NCBI GenBank assembly: GCA_900617105.1
Contig: UYFQ01000852.1
Location: 186,001 to 250,000 of the forward strand
DNA length: 64,000 bases
Source of the DNA: Hydrurus foetidus
Lineage: Eukaryota
Direction: 5' to 3'
The position numbers were made by a program, and so were the translations under genes. This document shows positions 55,728 through 64,000 of the stretch, piece by piece. The notes under the pieces are model-generated. The model saw only the letters and a list, made by a program, of their open reading frames with translations, did no database searches and had not been told where the DNA came from. The stretch's first letter is position 1. The number at the start of each line of letters is the position of its first letter.

Positions 55728-56380
55728 ATGATCCGTTCCCCGTCGTCGCGTCCGGGGCTCTGATCCCGACCGGCTGCGTCGGACTGCCGCCGAGGGTCTG
55801 ACCCCGCCTCCGAACCCGACCTCGCGCTACAGCCTGCAGGTCGAGCAGGCATCGAACGCGTCGCCCTGGCGGTGCACGACACCGGCCTGTCGGCCAACCA
55901 GATCAGGCGCTGCAGGACATCGCCGGCCGTTTCCAGGCGGAAGGCGCGCGGTCCCGGATCGAGGCCCCGTCGGGGACGATCCCGTCGCCAGCGAGATGGC
56001 GTGGCGGATCAAGCGCGCGCTGGAGGCGTCCGGCCCTCGCCCTACCTGGTCCAGGTCGTCACCTACGTCGCCCCCGACCCGCGCGCGCCGGTCCTGGTCG
56101 GCTTCGAGACACGGTGCGCGCTGTCGTGCCCCAATGCGGGACCGCTGGGACCAGTCTGACACGCACCGGCTCCAACGCGGGCTACAGCAACTTCGGCTGC
56201 GCCATGAATGCCAATCTGGCCGCCCAGATCGCCAATCCGCGCGACATCGTCCAGCCCCGCGCGATGACCCCCCGACGCGCGGGCGCCGTGGTCTTCAATC
56301 ACTATCGCCAGGGCGAACAGACGGCTGCGCGCCCCAGGAAGACCTGGTGTCACGACCCAGGTTTCCGTGCGGTGGACTGA
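55728..56380 (+). CDS. cpaD: Pilus assembly lipoprotein CpaD
   Basis: NFGCAMNANLAAQIANPRDIVQPR; position in the cpa operon. Confidence 0.85.
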
Positions 56381-56386
56381 GCGATC

Positions 56387-57871
56387 ATGAGCAACGCCTT
56401 CGCCCCGCGCGCTTCGACGCCATCGATGACGAGTTGATGCCGACCTGACTTCTGTCCAGGTCGAACCCGCGCTGGACGGCGACATCAACCACGAACCGCT
56501 GCAGTTCACGCCGCCGGCCGGGATGGTCCCCGCCCGCCGACCGGCATGGTCGTGAGCCATCGGGAGCGGCCATGGCCTCAGGCCAGGCCGGCCGCCCCTG
56601 CCGGCTACAACCGTCGGCGACATGGCGGGTTTCGATGGCCCTGGCCCCAAGCGCTGCCGCAGCTGGCCGCCGAGGTCAACGTGCCGCGCATCGCCATCCA
56701 CGCCTTCGGCGAACGCCAGGACACCCTGGCGGCGGCTGAACGGGCCGGTCAGGACCGGCGTCGCGCGCCACGACCCAGATCCGATCGGCGGATTCCCGCC
56801 GCCGTCGAGGCCTACAGCCACGAGCCGACACCCGCCCTGATCGTGGTGGAATGCCTGCAGGATCCGCAGACCTGCTGTGGCAGGTCGACGCCCTCGCCGA
56901 AGGTCTGCGACGCCGGCACCAAGGTCGTCGTCATCGGGCGACCAACGACATCATCCTGTTCCGCGAACTGATGCCGCGGGCGTCAGCGAATACTGGTCGC
57001 GCCGGTCCAGCCGCTGCAATCATCGCGGCCATCGGCGGCCTCTTCCGATCCGGCCCAGCCCTTCGTCGGCGTCGATCGCCTTCGTCGGCGCGGGCGGCGC
57101 CGGGTCGTCGTCCGTCGCGCACAACACCGCCTATGCGATGTCCGAAAAGATCGGGCCAACACCGTCATCGTCGACTACGACCTGCCGTTCGGCACGGCGG
57201 GACTGGACTTCAACCAGGATCCCCTGAGCGGCGTCGCCGACGCCCTCAGCCAGCCCGGACCGGCTGGACGTCCCGTGGATGGACCGGATGATGGTCCGCT
57301 GCACGGACAAGCTGAGCCTGTTCGCCGCCCCCGCGACCCTGGACACCGACTGGGAGATCGACGCCGAGGCCTTCGAGGAAGTCACGACCCAGATCCGCGG
57401 CGCCGCGCCCTTCGTGGTGCTGGACCTGCCCCACAGTGGTCCGGCTGGATGCGCCGGACCCTGATCGGCCGGACGATCTGGTCGTGGTCGCCACGCCGGA
57501 TCTGGCCTCGCTGCGCAATGCCAAGAACATGATCGACCTGATCCGTCAGGCCCGCCCCAATGACGCGCCGCCGCGTCTGGTGCTGAACCAGGTCGGCGTG
57601 CCCGGTCGGCCGAAATCCCGGCCAAGGACTTCGGTGCGGCCCTGGGCATTCACCCGTGCCTGTCGATCCCGTTCGACGCCAAGTCCTTCGGCGCGGCCGC
57701 CAACAACGGCCAGATGATCCGGGACGCCGCCGCCAGGTCCAAGGCGGCCGAGGCCTTCCAGACCCTGGCCCAGATCGTCTCGCGCCGCGAACTGCCGATG
57801 CTGGCTGCGCCCGGCAGGCGAAGGGCGAAAGCAAGTCGATGTTCTGCCGGCCTGTTCAAGAAGAAGACCTG
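56387..57871 (+). CDS. cpaE: Pilus assembly/localisation protein CpaE (TadZ)
   Basis: VPRIAIHAF, VCDAGTKVVVIG, GGAGSSSVAHN, DLPFGTAGLDFNQDP, PDLASLRNAKNMID. Confidence 0.9.
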
Positions 57872-57875
57872 AGGC

Positions 57876-59070
57876 GTGTTCGGCAAGCGCACAGGTCAGC
57901 CCGGGGCGTGGACCGTGGCACCGCGCCCGGCCCCCGCGCCGTCCCTGACGCCGGTCCGCGCAGCCCGCCCAGGGCCACCAGACCCAGGCCTTCGCCTACA
58001 GCGCCGGAGACCGCCGCGCCCAGGGCGGGATTGCCCACAGCAGCGGTCGCCCGCCGACGCAAGCCGACCTGCCCGCTGCCGACCGGCTGGACGCCCTGGC
58101 CTAACGCCCCGGCCGGAGCCGCGCCGCCGCCCGGCACGGCCCCGGTCCCAGGCCACACCCGGCTTCGAGCAGCTCGCCCAGGCCGTCGCCGAGATCGTCC
58201 GCGAGCAGAGCGACTACTACCACGCCACCAAGACCGTTATCTTCAACGCCCTGCTCAACACCATCGACCTGAGCCAGCTGGCCCAGCTGGACGTCAAGGC
58301 GGCCGCTGAAGAGATCCGGGACATCGTCGCCGAGCTGGTGGCGATCAAGAACGTCTCGATGTCGGTCTCCGAACAGGAGCACCTGGTCCAGGACATCATC
58401 AACGACGTCCTCGGCTATGGCCCACTGGAGCCTTTGCTGGCTCGCGACGACATCGCCGACATCATGGTCAACGGCGCCCACCGGGTGTTCATCGAAGTGG
58501 GCGGCAAGGTCCAGCTGACCAATGTGCGCTTCCGCGACAACCTTCAGCTGATGAACATCTGCCAGCGGATCGTCAGCCAGGTCGGCCGACGCGTCGACGA
58601 GAGCTCCCCGATCTGCGACGCCCGCCTGCCCGACGGCAGCCGCGTCAACGTCATCGCCCCGCCTCTGGCTCTGGATGGTCCCACCCTGACCATCCGGAAG
58701 TTCAAGAAGGACAAGCTGACGATGAAGAACCTGGTCGACTTTGCGTCGATCAGCCCGGAGGGCGCGCGGGTCTTGGGCGTTATCGGCGCCTGCCGCTGCA
58801 ATATCGTCATCTCTGGCGGTACAGGCTCGGGCAAGACCACTCTGCTCAACACCCTGACCGCCTTCATCGACCCGACCGAGCGCGTCATCACCTGCGAGGA
58901 CGCCGCCGAACTGCAGCTGCAGCAGCCGCACGTGGTGCGCCTGGAGACCCGCCCGCCCAACCTCGAGGGCCAGGGCGCGATCACCATGCGGGATCTGGTC
59001 AAGAACTGCCTGCGGATGCGTCCCGAGCGGATCATCGTCGGCGAAGTCCGGGGTCCCGAGGCCTTCGATC

Positions 59071-59102
<32 letters not shown>

Positions 59103-59480
59103 TCGATGGGCACGCTGCACGCCAACACCCCGCGCGAGGCCATCAGCCGGATCGAGAGCATGATCACCATGGGCGGCTATGGCCTGCCCTCCAAGACCAT
59201 CAAGGAAATGATCGTCGGCTCGGTCGACGTCATCGTCCAGGCCGCCCGCCTGCGCGACGGCAGCCGCCGCATCACCCACATCACCGAGGTGGTCGGTCTC
59301 GAGGGCGACGTGATCGTCACCCAGGACCTGTTCGTCTACGAAATCACCGGCGAAGACGCCGACGGCAAGGTGGTGGGCAAGCACCGCTCGACCGGCATCG
59401 CCCGGCCCCGCTTCTGGGACCGCGCCCGCTATTACGGCCTGGAGCGCGAGCTGGCTGAAGCCCTCGACGCGGCGGAGTAG
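57876..59480 (+). CDS. cpaF: Tad secretion ATPase CpaF/TadA
   Basis: SGGTGSGKTTLLN, EDAAEL, LRMRPERIIVGEVRG, AMNTGHDGSMGTLHAN. Confidence 0.97.
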
Positions 59481-59483
59481 CCC

Positions 59484-60448
59484 ATGCTGTTCGTGATCGC
59501 CGGCGTCCTGGGCTTCATCACCATCACTGCGCTGGGCTTTGCCTTCGCCGGCGGCGACGAACGCGGCCCGCACCGCCAAGCGCGCCGAAGGCGATCGTCC
59601 GGCGGCGACGCCCACGGCGCGCCGGGGCCGCGAAGGCCGTGGCCAATACGCCCGACGCCCGCCGCAAACAGATCTTCAAGCTGAAGGACGACAGGCAGGA
59701 GCGAAGGCCCGCATGAGCATCGCCGCGCGCCTGAAGCACGCCGGCATGTCCATGAGGTCCGGACCTTCTGGATCATCAGCGGGTGCCTGGGCTCGTCGCC
59801 TTCCTGATCGTCCTCATGTTCGGCCTGAACATCTTCGTGGCCCTCGGCGCGGCCTTCGTCGCCGGACTGGGCCTGCCGCGCTGGGTGGTGGGCTGCTGGC
59901 AAGGCCGCCACCAAGAAGTTCACCGAGGCTTTCGCGGACGCCATCGACATCATCGTGCGCGGCATCAAGTCGGGTCTGCCGGTCCATGACTGCCTGAAGA
60001 TCATCGGCAAGGAATGCCCCGAACCGCTGGCCGGCGAGTTCCGCATGCTGACCGAGAACGTCGGCATGGGCATGCCGATGGATGTGGCCCTGGAGCGCAT
60101 GTACGAGCGCATGCCGACCAACGAGCTGCGCTTCTTCGCCATCGTGCTGTCGATCCAGGCCAAGACCGGCGGCAACCTGGCCGAGGCCCTGGGCAACCTG
60201 TCGACCGTGCTGCGGGCCCGCAAGCTGATGGGCGAGAAGATCAAGGCGCTGTCGGCCGAAGCCGTGGCCTCGTCCTTCATCATCGGGGCTCTGCCGCCCG
60301 GCGTTGTGGTGCTGATCACCGTGACCTCGCCGGCCTATATGCAGCCGCTGTTCACCGACCAGCGGGGCATCTGATGCTGCTGGCGGGCGGCATCTGGATG
60401 AGCATCGGCATCTTCGTGATGCGCAAGATGATCAACTTCAAGTTCTAG
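59484..60448 (+). CDS. tadB: TadB (CpaG), T2SS-F family
   Basis: DAIDIIVRGIKSGLP, IQAKTGGNLAEALGNLSTVLR, MRKMINFKF. Confidence 0.9.
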
Positions 60449-60460
60449 GGGAGGGGGCTC

Positions 60461-61474
60461 ATGAACATCGTCGCCGTCCTGACCGACCCCACCAACATCT
60501 TCACGGGGGTCATCGCCCTGGTGGTGTTCGCCACCATGATGACCCTGGCCGCGCCGTTGATGCGCGACAAGGGTCTGGAAGGGCGGATGAAGTCGGTGGC
60601 TAACCGCCGCGAGGAGCTGCGCCGCCGCTCGCGCGAGGCCATCGCCAGAAAGGCGGCGGGGGCAGCACCCTGCGCCACACCGACGAAGGCCTGTACAAGA
60701 ACATCGTCGACCGCCTGCAGCTGTCACGCCTGCTGGAAGATCCCAAGGTGGTCGACAAGATGGCCCAGGCCGGCTTCCGCGGACCGCGCCGGTCTCGACC
60801 TTCTATTTCTTCCGCTTCGTGATGCCGTTGTCTTCGCGGTCGCGGCCGTTCTACATCTATCTGATCAATGATTTTGGCCTGGTGGGCATGCAGGCTGTGC
60901 GCCTGTCATGTTCGCGACCGTGGCCATCGGCTACTACGCGCCCAACGTCTACATCACCAACATCGCCAAGCGCCGCGAGTCGATCGTGGCGGCCTTTCCC
61001 GACTCCCTGGACCTGCTGCTGATCTGCGTCGAAAGCGGCATGTCGATCGAGGCGGCGATCCAGAAGGTCGGCGCGGAAGTCGGCTCCAGCTCGATGGAGC
61101 TGGCCGAGGAACTGAGCCTGCTGACCGCCGAGCTGTCCTATCTGCCCGACCGGCGCCTGGCCTATGAGGGCCTGGCTCGCCGCACCAACCACCCCGGCAT
61201 CCGCTCGGTGGCCACGGCCATGATCCAGGCCGAGCGCTACGGCACGCCCCTGGGCAGCGCCCTGCGGGTCATGGCCAAGGAAAACCGCGATCTGCGCCTG
61301 TCAGCGGCGGAAAAGAAGGCGGCGGCCCTGCCGGCCCAGCTGACCGTTCCGATGATCATCTTCTTCCTGCCGGTGCTGTTCGTCGTGATCCTCGGGCCCG
61401 CGATCATCAACATCCAGGATACGCTCAAGGCCAACAACCGGGCCTCGACCGCGACGGCGGCCGCGCCGAAATAG
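60461..61474 (+). CDS. tadC: TadC (CpaH), T2SS-F family
   Basis: FPDSLDLLLICVESG, QAERYGTPLGSALR, AEKKAAALPAQLTVPMIIFFLP. Confidence 0.92.
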
Positions 61475-61522
61475 CGGCCCGGAGCCATCGGCGCTTCAGT
61501 GGACGCATGGATGTCCAGCGAG

Positions 61523-61741
61523 AGGTTCATCACAGCGAGCACAACGGACCACGGCCGGCACAACGGGATCAAGACTGCGGTGCCATCGCCGATCCCTTCT
61601 TCTGGCAAGACGTCTCGTCGAAGCGAGGATCGGCGGCGAAGCCGCCCCTCTCGTCTCGGTGCCAGAGGGAACGACGATCACGACGACCGCTCGGTCCCGT
61701 CGTGTCCTCTGTGACCGCGTTGTGCTCGCCGTGATGAACCT
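61523..61741. repeat. About 220-bp long imperfect hairpin element
   Basis: 24-bp terminal inverted repeat (1 mismatch), further internal pairing and two apical stem-loops, between convergent genes. Confidence 0.75.
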
Positions 61742-61760
61742 GGGCGACCGCCACGCCAGC

Positions 61761-62203
61761 TCAGCTGACGAACGGCTGGTCTTCCGCCCTGACGCGCAGC
61801 GCCTCGGACACGGCCTCGCAGGCCGCACGCAGCGTCTTCCTGTGCTTTTCGTGGAAGCCCTCGCCCCGGAAACCTGAAAAATGAATCCGTTCGAGACGAT
61901 GCAGCTGCCGACCTCCAGCTGGTCGATCTCGTAGTAGCGGATCACGTTGAACAGGAAGCCGCGACGCTCGATCCAGACCAGCCGGGCATTCGGCTGCCAG
62001 TCCCCGATGCGGGCGATTGAGGTCCGGTCCGGCAGACCGGGAATGGCCTCGGTCAGGGTGATCGCGCCGCCGAACGCGATGGCGCCGGACACGTCGGTGT
62101 CGACGGGATTCCAGTCGTTCCAACCCGGAAGATCGGCGATGACCTCCCAGATCCTTTCGGACGTGGCGCGGACGCCGATGCGTTTCTCGACCTTGAAGTT
62201 CAT
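61761..62203 (-). CDS. SRPBCC domain protein
   Basis: MNFKVEKRIGVRATSERIWEVIADLPGWNDWNP. Confidence 0.8.
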
Positions 62204-62264
62204 GGTCTCCGATGTCGCAAGCGACCGGCCCGAACGCAAGCCGGGCCGTTCGCCGCGCGCATCG

Positions 62265-63593
62265 TCAGGTCGACGTGCCGCAGAGGGCCTCAGCTGTTGC
62301 CTTCGGGACCCGGCTGTGACGCCGGTGCCATTTCCGGCGCGGGGCCTCATCGTCCGTGCGGGCGACCAGCGACTTCAGGGCCGGGCTGATCCAGGCGACC
62401 GCCACCGCCCCGGCCAGCAAGACGGCGTTGCCGAGGAAGGGCGCGAACTCCCGAAACTCATACAGGGCGACACCGGCCACCGGTGGCCCCAGGAAGCTGA
62501 GGCCTGCCAGCGCCATCATCAACCCGGCCACTGCCCCTGTTCGTGCGGCCCGACGGCCAGCGACGATCCGGCGGTGAAGCCCGGCCGCGCGAACCCCACG
62601 CCCATCGACACCACCGCATAGCCCACCACGACCCCGAAATAGCCCGGCGAGGCAATGCTGAGCAGGTTGCCGACCAGGGCCAGGGCCGCGCCCCAGCGCA
62701 TCAGTTCGGGCGGCCGCAGCTTCAGCAGCGGGATCAGGCCCCACTGCACCATCAGGGTCGCCAGGGCGCCGGCGAACATCGCCAGACCGATAAGGGCTGG
62801 GCTGCCCGGGCGTCCAGTCCCGTCGTCGCCATCTCGTCGATGATGTGGAATCCCAGCACGGAGATGTTGACCGCCTGCGCCCCGTGACCAGCAGGCAGGC
62901 CGAACAGCAGGAAATCGCGGACGCGCGGATCACGCCACAACCCCTTGCCGACGTCGGAGGCTCCCGCCCTCTGGCCGCTCGGCGACGGTATGCGCACCAC
63001 CTCGCCCGAGGGCAGGAACCGCATGACGATGACCAGGACAATCAGGCCGAACAGGGCGAACACATACATCGGCCCCGCCAGCCCGACGAAAGGCAGGATG
63101 AAGAAGGGTGACAGGACCGGCCCGATCACCGTGCCCAGCCCCTGGGCCGACGCCAGCAGGGACATGGCCTGGGTGCGCTCGGCCGGTCCGGTCCGGTCGG
63201 CGACATAGGCCTGGGATGCGATCGGCGCGGCCGATCCGGAACACGCCATAGACCGACCGTGCCGTGGCCATCAGGGTGAAGGCGACGATGGCCCCAGCCA
63301 CCCTTCGATCCCCGAGGTCGCCGCGAGGCCGAAGCCGAGCATCGAAACCACGAACCCGGTCATCCCGATGACGATGACCCGCTTGCGACCCAGCGAATCC
63401 GACAGCCGGGCCCAGAACGGCGAGGTGAAGGTCCAGATCAGGGCCGAGATGGCGAACGCGCCGGCGACCAGCGTATCGGCCAGATGGAACTGTCGGCCGA
63501 TCGCCGGCAGGACCGATTGAAGCCCCATATTCCCCGCCGCCGCGATCAGGCTGACGATGAACAGGATCATGAAGGCGGGTGATCTGGGGACAT
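62265..63593 (-). CDS. MFS transporter (DHA1/TetA-like)
   Basis: WARLSDSLGRKRVI (motif A), ASQAYVADRT...ERTQAM, GLGTVIGP. Confidence 0.88.
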
Positions 63594-63714
63594 GGAAGGG
63601 GCTTAGCGCCGACCCGCCGCCGGGGTCACGCGTCCGTGGTGATCCGGTCCGGAAACCGCCGGACACGCCAGCCATCCCGTTGCAGTCTCGACGGACAGAC
63701 ACAGCGAGGCGGAC

Positions 63715-64000
63715 ATGGCGACCATCCATATCGAACGGACCATCGAGGCATCGGCCGAAAGGGTCTGGGAGGCTCTGCGGGACTTCGGGGCCCTGCACTC
63801 GAAAACAGCACCAGGCTTCATACTGACACGGTCGTCGAGGGGATGTTCGACCGTGACGTTCGCCGGAGGCCTGGTCCTGCGCGAACGGTTGATCGCGATC
63901 GACGATGAGCACAGGCGGATCGTCTACAGCATCCTGTCGGACATGTTCGAACACCACAGCGCCTCCAACGCCGTTGTGCCGCTGGACGGCGGCCGCTGCC
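63715..64000 (+). CDS. SRPBCC (polyketide cyclase 2-like) protein, truncated by the window end
   Basis: MATIHIERTIEASAERVWEALRDFGALH...RERLIAIDDEHRRIVYSI. Confidence 0.75.
   Translation, partial: MATIHIERTIEASAERVWEALRDFGALHSKTAPGFILTRSSRGCSTVTFAGGLVLRERLIAIDDEHRRIVYSILSDMFEHHSASNAVVPLDGGRC

Noticed and set aside
58101..59615. Long antisense ORFs (also 35859-36785, 37615-38871, 44857-45594)
   Set aside because: Shadow ORFs produced by high-GC codon bias opposite cpaF, acnA and amn.
1..64000. Programmed frameshifting, recoding or mass pseudogenisation
   Set aside because: Frameshifts are ubiquitous, hit housekeeping genes and show no consistent slippery motif; sequencing error is the simpler explanation.

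Overview
High-GC alphaproteobacterial chromosome segment; the gene content (cpa/Tad pilus locus, CIR-like GANTC repeat, CtrA-like boxes) points to Caulobacteraceae, probably Brevundimonas. Nearly every gene is broken by frameshifts, mostly single-base losses, which look like uncorrected long-read errors. Genes were therefore rebuilt by stitching frames and all boundaries are approximate. There are three blocks. (1) 1-17.6 kb is probable genomic-island cargo: an ABC/adaptor/OMF efflux operon with TetR, a DUF2975-HTH pair, an AdeRS-like two-component system with an outer-membrane beta-barrel, an AraC-led DUF2147/PQQ-dehydrogenase/DUF2147/DUF3313/serine-hydrolase cluster, and tspO. It ends in two tandem 3' halves of tRNA-Gly(CCC) (att-like scars). 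(2) 17.6-26.4 kb is a compact low-oxygen regulon: an FnrN/FnrL-type regulator and five FNR/FixK-type boxes, in front of cytochrome c-Nramp, a small ORF-USP-unknown-quinone reductase operon, a PNPOx-like gene and USP-beta-CASP nuclease-LOG. (3) 26.4-64 kb is core chromosome: TraB/GumN, rmuC, M3 peptidase, murI, ahpCD-oxyR, acnA, ccmAB, AsmA, amn, pabB-like, a Tad pilus locus with a tandemly duplicated pilA unit, SRPBCC and MFS genes, plus three structured intergenic elements. No CRISPR array, rRNA, intact tRNA, integrase or transposase was found. The best candidates for undescribed biology are the FNR-boxed beta-CASP+LOG module, the DUF2147-flanked PQQ operon, the shared TetR operator linking the efflux pump to tspO, the inter-att hairpin segment and the pilA leader structure.
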